DNA of 64,000 bases from Heterodontus francisci. Taxonomy: Eukaryota. This document shows, piece by piece, positions 26,059 to 37,649 of the stretch (position 1 is the first letter of the stretch; every line of letters starts with the position of its first letter). A model generated the notes under the pieces. That model was not told the origin of the DNA and made no database searches. It was given only the letters and a program-made list of their open reading frames with translations. The stretch lies in contig NC_090379.1 of NCBI RefSeq assembly GCF_036365525.1, positions 61,315,202 to 61,379,201 of the forward strand. Direction: 5' to 3'. The translations under genes were made by a program, and so were the position numbers.

Positions 26059-26112
26059 CGTTTTCTTGCAGGTATGAACGCACAGAATTTGGTCGAAGAT
26101 GACATTGAATAA
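26059..26112 (+). CDS. TOMM20L: TOM20 family exon 5 (last); total 456 nt, 151 aa
   Basis: Pyrimidine tract then aatcag| RFLAGMNAQNLVEDDIE*; acidic EDDxE C-terminus typical of TOMM20. Confidence 0.9.
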   Translation, partial: RFLAGMNAQNLVEDDIE

Positions 26113-26431
26113 AAGGTTTCCACTATCTTCAGCTCCAACAAAGTTTATTCCATCATCATTGTGAACTCTAACCTCAGTGATTACTGTAGACTTAAGTTTA
26201 CAAACTAATTCAAAAGTGTACCATTCACTTTCAAAATAAACCAGAAGCCTTGGTCCATCAAACATAATGAATTCCTGTTTCCATCTACCTTCACTTGATT
26301 ATAAGAATGTTCATTTCAGTTGCATCTTAACAGGCACCAGCTTTCTGGCCATTAAAAATTGTGGCCATTCTTCTACCAGTGCAACAGTGTTTTACACTCC
26401 ATTTGTGCCCTGACTCTCAATTGGTCCGTTT

Positions 26432-26569
26432 TTAAATCCGAGGTTGGCTAATCAGTCCTGCTTTAGCTGCTAAAGCTTCATTTTGTTGAATATGATATTC
26501 CTGAAAGCGCATTGATATTCTTTGGGTCATCTTCAAATATTTTTGTAGACAATGTTCTGAACAGGTTAC
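26432..26569 (-). CDS. TIMM9: Mitochondrial import inner membrane translocase subunit Tim9, last coding exon
   Basis: tgcag| [45 protein letters not shown]; second CX3C motif. Confidence 0.96.
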   Translation of the reverse strand, partial: VTCSEHCLQKYLKMTQRISMRFQEYHIQQNEALAAKAGLISQPRI

Positions 26570-26689
26570 CTGCATTGAAAATAAAAATGACAAAATATGT
26601 TGCAAACAAAACTAGTAAATCTGAAAGTGCAGCTTCTTGCAGTACACATTTCCAGTGTAAAAGTAAACCTTTGTATTCCCCTTCTATTT

Positions 26690-27010
26690 TTTTTATTTAG
26701 AGATACAGCACTGAAACAGACCCTTCGGCCCACCGAGTCTGTGCCGACCATCAACCACCCATTTATACTAATCCTACACTAATTCCATATTCCTACCACA
26801 TCCCCACCTGTCTCTATATTTCCCTACCACCTACCTATACTAGGGACAATTTATAATGGCCAATTTACCTATCAACCTGCAAGTCTTTGGCATGTGGGAG
26901 GAAACCCACGCAGACACAGGGAGAACATGCAAACTCCACACAGGCAGTACCCAGAATTGAACCCAGCTCGCTGGAGCTGTGAGGCTACGGTGCTAACCAC
27001 TGCGCCGCCC
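26690..27010 (-). mobile_element. HE1-like V-SINE with internal 19-bp deletion
   Basis: Collinear with 59336-59685. Confidence 0.85.
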
Positions 27011-28572
27011 TTCATATGTACAATGTGTGTTTACATATGCAAAAATATACACAACAGGTATTCATACCAGCACATGCCAGTTTGCAGAACAGTATATTTG
27101 AACAACATGCCCAGGTGGACAATTCAAATCAAGCAAGTTAACACACCACACAGGGATATTTGTTTGCAAATGCTGGTGAAAAGGTCAGTGTATGTAAAAT
27201 GCAGGTTTGGGTGAGGGAAAAGAAGAAATTGAGATATTTCTCCTGATTCCCTTTTTGAGCCTCCTTGCAATCATTAGCTAAGAAGGAGACAAGCTACTTC
27301 CAGGTTTAGCCAATCCCATTCTGACACCATCTGCATTATTTATAGGTGGCCCCCAAGAGTGATTCTCCTTCCTCTTTGCCTATTTCTTGTGTGGGTCATA
27401 AAAAAAGATGTCTGGCCTTTGGTTGGTGCCAATAATGATTTTGATTAACTGGCTGGAGTGAAATCACTACCACTTATGATAATGAAATACAGAAGATATT
27501 TGTTAATTTAAAATATACCCACCATGAGTCAAAGGTAACTTTTTACCCAAATAAATCACGATAGCTGGTGATTTGTAATGGCTTAAATTTTGGAATTGTG
27601 TGGCAGTTGGATAAACCATGTGACTGTCAGGAAAATAATTAACTTTATAAAAGTTTGAACATTCCCTATTTAAATACAATTTTCAGTGATTGATATAATA
27701 TACTCTTATATACTTTTTTGTTTGTGAACTATGTTGCATTTCACATTCATGGTGGGCTCTCTAGTTACTTTACATCTGCCCCTTAATAACTAAGATCCCA
27801 CAGAGCAAAAAGATGAACGACCTGCTAATGCTTTGGAAGTGTTAACTGGAGGAAAATTATGGCTTCTTTCTCATCTATTGGTATGAATTAAAAACATTTG
27901 AATTTCTATAGTATCGATCCAGTAGACGTTCTAGTTTAAATTCTCCTTCTGTCGCTGGTTGGGGTGGGGGCGGTTTGCAGAAAAGAAAAAGACTCTCGGG
28001 TTAGAATGAAAAAGCAACGTGGAAGAGCGAAGAGCTTCTGCTACATTTGAATTTTAAAGGGTTGATGATGGTGCACAGAATGGAAAAAGGTATTCCATTT
28101 CAGCACTGACATTCTTAATCTTTGTGAATATAAAAATTCACGGGAAAAAATATTCATTTGGATTTTGTTTTCCAACTGTATTCAAAAGTTTTAGAAAGGA
28201 GCATTCATCCTCCTCCTCACCAGAATAAGCTGATGCATCATTTGAGTACTATATCATATTCTATATACTGCAACTTCATTGTAGATCATGTTCAGATTAT
28301 TTTGAGAAGCATTTAAGGCTCACAAAATGACAACACTACATTTCAACTGAATTATCTGAAATTAATGAGTTTAAACTAAACATAAAGTTGCTTTGTTTCC
28401 AAGTCTACTAAGTGGGGAACACTAGAGAACATGTGTATTTTTTTTTTAAATCAAACCCAGCAAGGTACACTTTAGTGCTTTCACAAAATAATAATGGTTG
28501 AGTAGAAGTCACATTGAGTAACAATTGTATTTTCAATGAAGTTTAAATCAACACAATTAGTACAGGATATAC

Positions 28573-28668
28573 CTCTTCTGTTCTCACATCCCTGGTTGTG
28601 AAGTCCTTCACACAATCCATAAAGCAGTGCTCTGTCAATTTGTTGTATGTGCCCAGAAATTCTTTAAA
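28573..28668 (-). CDS. TIMM9: Tim9 middle coding exon
   Basis: tgcag| [32 protein letters not shown] |gtatat; first CX3C motif; 96 nt. Confidence 0.96.
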
Positions 28669-28783
28669 CTGCATGTGGAAAAAAAAGAGCATTGTTTATG
28701 GTATTAAATCCTGTGTTGCCTTCTGTAGTAACACTCAGATGTGTTTACAAACTTTCAATATTAAAGTAACAAATGAAATTTAC

Positions 28784-28819
28784 CTGTTTTATCTGGTCCG
28801 TTTCTGATAATTGTGCCAT
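28784..28819 (-). CDS. TIMM9: Tim9 first coding exon; total 89 aa
   Basis: MAQLSETDQIKQ |gtaaat; probable acceptor ttttattgccag at 28859-28870 upstream of the ATG. Confidence 0.93.
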
Positions 28820-29159
28820 TACAACTATACTTTTAGGTCTTGGGAAGGATTACTGTATCTGGCAATAAAAGAACAATTCAGTCTGTATTTAGACCACACT
28901 GTGCTTAGCTCTGATCTCCATATTATAAAAGGGACATAGAGGCACTTGAGAAAATGCAAAACAGATTCATAAGGATGATATCAGAACTGAAAGGTAATAC
29001 CTATCAGGAAAAGTAAAACAGACTGGGGCCCTTTCCTCAGAAAAGAGTTGACCTGATGGAGGTTTTTATGATTATTAAAGGATTTGATAGGGTAGACAAA
29101 ATGTTTCTACTCGGTAGGGGGCCATAAATATAACACAGTCAGTAACAAATCCAAGAGGG

Positions 29160-30450
29160 AATTCAACAACACTTCCATTTATATAGCACCTTGAACACAA
29201 CAAAATGTCCAAAAGTGTTTCATAGGCGTGTTATAAAGCAAAATTGGACACTGAACAAAGCTTGTTCAAAGAGGTAGGTTTTAAGGAGTACCTTAAAAGA
29301 AGAACGAGAGGTAGAGAAGTTTAGGGAGGAGTCCCAGAGGTTAGGGCCTAGGCAATTTAAGTCATGGCTACCAGAGGTGGAGCAAATAAAATTGAGAATG
29401 CTGAAGAGGTCAGAATGAGATTGTTGTGGAGCTAGAGGAGATTGGAATTGGGGAGGGGTGAGGCCATGTAGGAATTTGTAAACAAGGATGAGAATTATAA
29501 AATCAAGGCATCACTTAATGAGCGAATGCAGGTCAGCGAGCACAGGGGTGATGGATGATTGGAACGTGGTGTGATTTAGGACACTGGCAATAGTGTTTTG
29601 GATGACTTCAAGTTTACGGGGCATTGAATGTGAGAGACCAGCAAGGATGCAATTCAGCAGTCATGCAATTATTAGCCTGCTTGTCTGACATCCAGTACTG
29701 GATGAACAGAAATTTTCTGCAATTAAAATATCAGGGTGAGACTGAAAACATTGTCTTTAGTCCCTGCTACAAACTCCGTTCCATAGCTACCGACTCCATC
29801 CCTCTCTGTGGCAACTGTGAGGCTGAATCACTTTGTTCGTAATAAGGGTTTTAGCAGCAGATGAGCTGAGATGAGGAGGAGAAGGGGGATGTTATCAAGT
29901 TGAAAATAGATGGTCTTTGTAATGGCATAGATATGTGTTGAGGCTCATCTTGGGGTCAAATACGACACTAAAGTTACGAACAAAGTCAAGGGAGGTAGTG
30001 CTGGTAAGGTAAAGCTGGGTATTGTCAGCATACATTTGAAAAGTGATGTGTTTTCAAATAATGTCAAAAGGCAGCATGTAGTTGGGAAATAGGAGAGGAC
30101 CAAGGATAGATCCTTGGGGGTCACGGTGCAGAAATGGGAGGAGAAGCCATTATAGGTGATCTCTGGCTAAGGTTAGATAGATAATGGAACCAGGCGAGTG
30201 CAGTCCCATCCAGCTAGAAGTCACTGGAGGGGTGTTGGAGGAGAATGTTGCGGTCAACCATGTCAAAGACGGCAGAGAGCTCAAGGAGGGATAGTTTATC
30301 TTTGTCATGGTCAAATAGGATGTCATTTGTGACTTTGAGGGGTGTTTTGGTACTCGAAACCTGATTGGAGGGATTCAAACATGGAGCTCTGGGAAAGATC
30401 GGCACAGATTTGGGAGGCAGCATGTTCAGGAAAGGGAGGTTGGTGATGCA
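29160..30450 (-). mobile_element. L2 LINE 3' portion with internal inverted segment
   Basis: Collinear with 3700-5000 except 29660-29842, which is in + orientation. Confidence 0.75.
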
Positions 30451-30639
30451 GTGGTAATTTGCAAGGAGAAACTTCTTTACCTAGAGTGTGGAGCTCACTA
30501 CCACAAAGAATAGTTGAGGTGAATAGCATATATGAATTTAAGGGGAAGCTAGATTAGGACAAGGGACAAAGGAATAGAAGGTTATGTTGATAGGGTTATA
30601 TGAAGGATGAAAGGAGGCTTATGGTGAATATTAACACTG

Positions 30640-31000
30640 GGAGATGGTGGAGTAGTAATCCAGAGGCACAGGCTAATGCCCTGGGGACAGTGGTTCAAAT
30701 CTCACCACAGCAGCTGGTAGAATTTAAAATAATTTAATTAACAAATTCAATTAATTAACAAAAATCTTGAATTGAAAGCTAGGCTCAATTTCATGATACC
30801 AATATCATCAATTGTTGTAAAAATCCATCTGGTTTACTAATGTCCTTTAGGGAAGGAAATCTGCCATCCTGACATGACTCCAGATCCACAGCAATGTGGC
30901 TGACTCTTAAACTGCCCTCTGAAATGGCCTAGCCAGGCACTCAGTTTGGGCTGGGCAACAAATGCTGGGCTGCCAGTGTACCCACCTCCCATTAAAGAAA
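30640..31000 (+). mobile_element. tRNA-derived SINE sharing its 3' tail with the LINE at 17967-20761
   Basis: B box GGTTCAAATC at ~30692; body tcctttagggaaggaaatctgcc; tail gggcaacaaatgctgg..gccag. Confidence 0.75.
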
Positions 31001-31840
31001 AAATAGTTAGGTCATATGGCCTATTTCTGTGCTGTACATTTGATGCAATATGGTTCTTTAAAAAAAAAATCAAAATAATTTGCATTGTAACTGGTAAGCT
31101 ATAGGAAAGGACCAAGAAGGGCTTTGCAGTCCATCTGGACGGTCCCAAAAATTAATCTTTCATTTATTGACTCCTTCCTTCCTTTCTAATTCACCCTTAA
31201 TATTACCCCACACTATTTGCCTCCATGCTACAAGGTAATTCCACAAATTCACCACCTTTGCATAAACATTGGGTCTAAACTGTACATGTACTCTCTCTAT
31301 TTAGCTTAGACTCATCCCCAGTTCTCTAATTCACCGAATTCTTACAGTGTAGGAGGCCATTCGGCTCATTGTGTCTACACTGGCTCTCTGAAAGAGCAAT
31401 TCCCTCAGTCCCATTCCCCTGCCTGCTCCTCATAACTCTGCACATTCTTCCTTTTCATATAACTGTCTAATTCCCTTTCAAATGCTTCCGTTAGATTGGA
31501 AAATAGCAAATATAACTCCTTTATTCAAAAAAGGAGACAGAAACCTGGAAACTACAGGCCAGTTAGCTTAACATCTGTCTTAGGGAAAATGTTAGAAGCT
31601 ATTATTAAAGATGTATAGCAGGGCATTTAGAAAAATTCAAGGTAATCAAGCGGAGTCAACGTGGTTCTGTGAAAGGGAAATCATATTTAATCAATTTATT
31701 GGAGTTCTTTGAGGAGTTACATGTGCTGTGGATAAAGGGGAAACAGTGGATGTATTGTACTTGGATTTCCAGAATGCATTTGATAAGGTGCCACATCAAA
31801 GATTATGGCAGAAAATAAAAGCTCTTGGTGTAGGGGGGTA

Positions 31841-32555
31841 GATTTGGGTGTTCAGGTCCACTGTTCCCTGAAGGTGGCAACGCAGGTAAATAGAGTGGTC
31901 AAGAAGGCATACGGCATGCTTTCCTTCATCGGACGGGGCATTGAGTACAAGAGTTGGCAGGTCATGTTACAGTTGTATAGGACTTTGGTTCGGCCACATT
32001 TGGAATACTGCGTACAGTTCTGGTCGCCACATTATCAAAAGGATGTGGATGCTTTGGAGAGGGTGCAGAGGAGGTTCACCAGGATGTTGCCTGGTATGGA
32101 GGGCGCTAGCTATGAAGAGAGGTTGAGTAGATTAGGATTATTTTCATTAGAAAGACGGAGGTTGAGGGGGGACCTGATTGAGGTGTACAAAATCATGAGA
32201 GGTATAGACAGGGTGGACAGCAAGAGGCTTTTTCCCAGAGTGGGGGTTTCAATTACGAGAGGACACGAGTTCAAAGTGAAAGGGGAAATGTTTAGGGGGG
32301 ATATGCGTGGAAAGTTCTTTACGCAGAGGGTGGTGGGCACCTGGAACGCGTTGCCAGCGGAGGTGGTAGACGCGGGCACGATGGAGTCTTTTAAGATGTA
32401 TCTAGACAGATACATGAATGGGCAGGAAGAAAAGAGATACAGAACCTTAGAAAATAGGCGACATGTGTAGAGAGAGGATCTGGATCGGCGCAGGCTTGGA
32501 GGGCCGAAGGGCCTGTTCCTGTGCTGTAATTATCTTTGTTCTTTCTTTGTTCTTT
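31841..32555 (+). mobile_element. Young 5'-truncated CR1 nested in CR1
   Basis: Uninterrupted ORF2 C-terminus (DLGVQVH...TRGH...FFTQRVV) and (TTCTTTG)n tail; gta repeated at both junctions. Confidence 0.88.
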
Positions 32556-32839
32556 GTAATGTTTTGACATGGATAGATAATTGGCTAGCGAACAGGAAAC
32601 AGAGTAGGCCTAAATGGGTCATTTTCTGGTTGACAAGATGAAACGAGTGGTGTGCCACAGGGATCTGTGCTGGGGCCTCAACTTTTTACAATTTATATAA
32701 ATGACTTAGATGAAGGGACCGAAGGTATGGTTGCTAAATTTTCTCTTGACACAAAGATAGGTAGGAAAGTAACTTGTGAAGAGGACATAAGGGTGCTACA
32801 AAGGGATATAGATAGGTTAAGTGAGTGGGCAAAGACCTG

Positions 32840-34532
32840 CTATACTCTCAGCACTACATGAACTGCTATGCCTGTGCTGGGACGAGGGAGCAGTACCCCA
32901 GGACATGCGCGATGCCAACATCATCACCCTCTATAAAAACAAAGGTGACCGCGGTGACTGCAACAACTACCGTGGAATCTCCCTGCTCAGCATAGTGGGG
33001 AAAGTCTTTGCTCGAGTCGCTCTGAACAGGCTCCAGAAGCTGGCCGAGCGCGTCTACCCTGAGGCACGGTGTGGCTTTCGTGCAGAGAGATCGACTATTG
33101 ACATGCTGTTCTCCCTTCGTCAGATACAGGAGAAATGCCGTGAACAACAGATGCCCCTCTACATTGCTTTCATTGATCTCACCAAAGCCTTTGACCTTGT
33201 CAGCAGACGTGGTCTCTTCAGACTACTAGAAAAGATCGGATGTCCACCAAAGCTACTAAGTATCATCACCTCATTCCATGACAATATGAAAGGCACAATT
33301 CAACATGGTGGCTCCTCATCAGAGCCCTTTCCTATCCTGAGTGGTGTGAAACAGGGCTGTTTTCTCGCACCCACACTTTTTGGGATTTTCTTCTCCCTGC
33401 TGCTTTCACATGCGTTCAAATCCTCTGAAGAAGGAATTTTCCTCCACACAAGATCAGGGGGCAGGTTGTTCAACCTTGCCCGTCTAAGAGCGAAGTCCAA
33501 AGTACGGAAAGTCCTCATCAGAGAACTCCTCTTTGCTGACGATGCTGCTTTAACATCTCACACTGAAGAATGCCTGCAGAGTCTCATCGACAGGTTTGCG
33601 TCTGCCTGCAATGAATTTGGCCTAACCATCAGCCTCAAGAAAACGAACATCATGGGGCAGGATGTCAGAAATGCTCCATCCATCAATATTGGCGACCACG
33701 CTCTGGAAGTGGTTCAAGAGTTCACCTACCTAGGCTCAACTATCACCAGTAACCTGTCTCTAGATGCAGAAATCAACAAGCGCATGGGTAAGGCTTCCAC
33801 TGCTATGTCCAGACTGGCCAAGAGAGTGTGGGAAAATGGCGCACTGACACGGAACACAAAAGTCCGAGTGTATCAGGCCTGTGTCCTCAGTACCTTGCTC
33901 TACGGCAGCGAGGCCTGGACAACGTATGCCAGCCAAGAGCGACGTCTCAATTCATTCCATCTTCGCTGCCTTCGGAGAATACTTGGCATCAGGTGGCAGG
34001 ACTATATCTCCAACACAGAAGTCCTTGAAGCGGCCAACACCCCCAGCTTATACACACTACTGAGTCAGCGGCGCTTGAGATGGCTTGGCCATGTGAGCCG
34101 CATGGAAGATGGCAGGATCCCCAAAGACACATTGTACAGCGAGCTCGCCACTGGTATCAGACCCACCGGCCGTCCATGTCTCCGTTATAAAGACGTCTGC
34201 AAACGCGACATGAAATCGTGTGACATTGATCACAAGTCGTGGGAGTCAGTTGCCAGCATTCGCCAGAGCTGGCGGGCAGCCATAAAGACAGGGCTAAATT
34301 GTGGCGAGTCGAAGAGACTTAGTAGTTGGCAGGAAAAAAGACAGAGGCGCAAGGGGAGAGCCAACTGTGCAACAGCCCCAACAAACAAATTTCTCTGCAG
34401 CACCTGTGGAAGAGCCTGTCACTCCAGAATTGGCCTTTATAGCCACTCCAGGCGCTGCTTCACAAACCACTGACCACCTCCAGGCGCGTATCCATTGTCT
34501 CTCGAGATAAGGAGGCCCAAAAGAAAAGAAGA
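32840..34532 (+). mobile_element. RTE-clade LINE, 5'-truncated, intact RT ORF
   Basis: Open frame to 34473 with NYRGISLL, FIDLTKAFD, GVKQGC.LAP.LF, LFADD, F.YLGS, RLRWLGHV.RM, RPTGRP and C-terminal CxxC..H..C; short 3'UTR with AAG-rich tail; 265-bp flanking direct repeat. Confidence 0.95.
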
Positions 34533-35569
34533 AGATAATTGGCTAGCGAACAGGAAACAGAGTAGGCCTAAATGGGTCATTTTCTGGTTGACAAGATGAA
34601 ACGAGTGGTGTGCCACAGGGATCTGTGCTGGGGCCTCAACTTTTTACAATTTATATAAATGACTTAGATGAAGGGACCGAAGGTATGGTTGCTAAATTTT
34701 TTCTTGACACAAAGATAGGTAGGAAAGTAACTTGTGAAGAGGACATAAGGGTGCTACAAAGGGATATAGATAGGTTAAGTGAGTGGGCAAAGACCTGGCA
34801 AACCGAGTATAATGTGGGAAAGTACGAAATTGTCCACTTTGACAGGAAGAATAAAAAAGAAGCATATTATCTAAATGGTGAGAGATTGCAGAGCTTTGAG
34901 ATGCAGAGGGATCTGGGTGTCCTAGTGCATGAATCACAAAAGGTTAGAATGCAGGTACAGCATGTAATTAGAGCTATTAGAATGTTATTGTTTATCGCGA
35001 GGGAAATTGAATACAAAAGTAGGAAGGTTATGCTTCAGCATTGGTGAGATCACATCTGGAGTACTGTGTACAGTACTAGTTTCCTTATTTAAGGAAGGAT
35101 GTAAATGCGTTGGAGGCAGTACAGAGAAGGTTTACTCGACTAATAGCTGGAATGGGCGGGCTGTCTTACGAGGAAAGGTTGGACAGGCTAGGCTTGGATC
35201 TGCTGGAAGAGTAAGAGGCGACTTGATTGAAACATATAAGATCCTGAGGGGTCTTGAAAGGGTGGATGTGGAAAGGATATTTCCCCTTGTGGGAGAATCT
35301 AGAACTGGGGTCACAAAAATAAAGGGTCGCCAATTTAAAAAGGGTCATAAGTCTTTGGAATTCTCTTCCTCAAAAGGCGGTGGAAGCAAAGCTTTTGAAT
35401 ATTTTTAAGGTAGAGGTAAATAGATTCTTGATAAGAAAGGCGGGGGGGTGAAAGGTTATCGGGGGTAGGTGGAAATGTGGAGTAATCAGTTCAGCCATGA
35501 ACTTACTGAATGGCGGAGCAGGCTCGAGGGGCCGAGTGGCTGACTCCTGCTCCTAATTCGTATGTTCGT

Positions 35570-35960
35570 AATTGAACCTGCCTCCACCACACTCTCAGGC
35601 AGCGCATTCCAGACCTTAAATCACTTGCTGCGTGAAGTTTTTCCCTCATGTCACTTTTGCTTCTCTTACTGAATATTTTAAATCTGTGCCCTCTCGTTCT
35701 CAATCCGTTCACAAGTGGGAACAGTTTCTCTCTATCTACTCTGTCCAGATCACTCAATTTTGAATACCTCTATCAAATCACTTCTCAGCCTTCACTTCTC
35801 CAAGGAAAACAGTCCCAACTTCTCCAATCTATCTTCATAACTGAAGTTCCTCATCCCTGGAACCATTCTCGTGAATCTCTTCTGTACTCCCTCCAATGCC
35901 CTCATGTCTTTCCTTAAGTGCGGCACTCAGAATTGGACGTAATACTCTAGCTGAGGCTGG
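35570..35960 (-). mobile_element. CR1 3' fragment
   Basis: Minus ORF RVDREKLFPLV..RTRGHRFK. Confidence 0.75.
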
Positions 35961-36199
35961 ATTTATTGATTCCCTTTTGGATATTGAATAGTATCTCCAT
36001 TCAGCCTCTTAGAATAAACAATTGCTGGCTCTACAGCCTCTTTTTGAATTTCATAGCTCCGATGTCTTAAGCTGAGTATCAGTTTGGTTTCCCTAATTAT
36101 ACCAAGCTGCACCAGAACTTTTCTGTAGGTGTTAACAACTGCTAACTATATTCTAGGACAACAGGTTCCAGTATCTCTGAAGTAAACATGCAATGCACC

Positions 36200-37460
36200 A
36201 AAAAAACTGCAGATGCTGGAAATTTGAAAGAGCTTGAAAGACTCAGCAACATCTGCAGGGAAACAGAAATCAATGTTCCAGGTAAGACCCTACCCAAGGA
36301 TTGTAATATGATAGCTGAATTACATTTAACAAGGAACAGGGGGAAGGCAAATGGGGAAAATAAAGGACCTCCATGAAGTGCTTGGGTGGAGAATAGAAGA
36401 TGGTTAAATGGCAGGAATATCATTAGCAGGTGACAAAAGGAAGCAGAACGAGAAAAATAAAACAGTGGCAGCAAGTGTGAACAGCAAAAGAGGGACAGAA
36501 AGGGAAACATAAACAGACAAAGCGAAGTAGGCTGCAGTGGCTAAGGTGCCTGGTGAAAGAAAAACAGAAGCAACCAAACTTTTGTGCCAACCAGCTCACC
36601 AGTAGTGTTCTGACAGGGCTCCCACCTTAAGCACCAACTGGCTCCTTGACCCTACCCCTGTGAATATCAGCACATGCATTCCAAATTGCTGGGGAAAAAA
36701 TAAGAGCTGTAGTTAAGGTCTGAAGTTAAAGTCAACATTAAGGCCCGAGAGCTGGAAAAGGCTGAATAGAAAGATGAGGTGCTGTTCAAGCTTCAAAAGT
36801 ACTTAATTGCCTGTAAAATGTCTTGAGACATCTGGTGGTTGTGAAAGGTGCTCTATACATTTCTTTCTTTGGAACAGTGTCAAAGGCTAAAGACAGATCA
36901 GAGTAGGATGGAGAATTAAAATGCAAGTGACAGGATGCTTGGAACAGAGAAAGGTGTTCAACAAAGCAAATCTATGGTTTTACTGATATAAAGAAGGCTG
37001 TACCAAGAGCAGCAAATAGAGTATATTAAGTACTTGTAAATTGCTTTTTTACAGGATGAGCACTTTCATGGGAAGGCGAGCAGGTGGTCGGTGTAATGCA
37101 AGAATGAACCAGGGTGCAATGGAGGAAACAGCCTTTGCAATGTTGAGAGGAGACAGGAAGATGTGCTTGGTGGTGGGCTCATTTTGTAGGTAGTGGAACT
37201 GCCAGGTGATCTATCAAATGCACAGTCTGGTGGGATGGAAAGTTAGAACATGCAGGACCCTATCACAAATCTTGGTGGGGTGGGAGAAATGAGAAGGAAT
37301 GAGGCAGAAGTACAGGAAAAAGCCCAGTCAACCACGGTGGAGGGAAATCCTCAGCTGAGGAAAAAGACGCTCGAATGGAAGGTGCCTCATCTGAGAAGGT
37401 CCAGTCGAGACAAACTGGGAGAAAGGAGTGGAATCATTACAGGCAGCGGGTAGGAAAGTT
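36200..37460 (-). mobile_element. Highly decayed Penelope-like element
   Basis: Begins with the pLTR-like repeat aactgcagatgctggaaat, followed by a purine-rich decayed body. Confidence 0.45.
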
Positions 37461-37649
37461 AATGACTCCTATAACTACTTGGATTACATTTCTTCTTGGA
37501 TTGGGAAAATAATGAAACTAAATAAAACTGCACATGGTTCCATTTTGTTGTTGGATGAGCAATGTTATAGCAACGCCGTGTAATCCATCCAGTCCATGCT
37601 GGTGTCTAACCTTCGCACAAGCAGTGCCCACAGTTCCCCATAACCAGAA

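Larger units (their letters stand above)
31490..35570 (+). mobile_element. Older CR1 LINE RT/3' portion hosting two nested insertions
   Basis: NYRPVSL, LDF..AFDKVPH, PQGSVLGP and CR1 tail; continuity is restored when 31841-32555 and 32840-34797 are removed. Confidence 0.85.

Noticed and set aside
26062-26077. Alternative acceptor ttttcttgcag| for the TOM20 last exon
   Set aside because: It gives GTA TGA, an immediate stop that loses the conserved EDDxE terminus.
32821-32839. N-terminus MSGQRP of the 550-aa ORF as a real start
   Set aside because: It is a GTG in duplicated host CR1 sequence. The RTE is 5'-truncated and lacks its endonuclease, so this is not a host gene.
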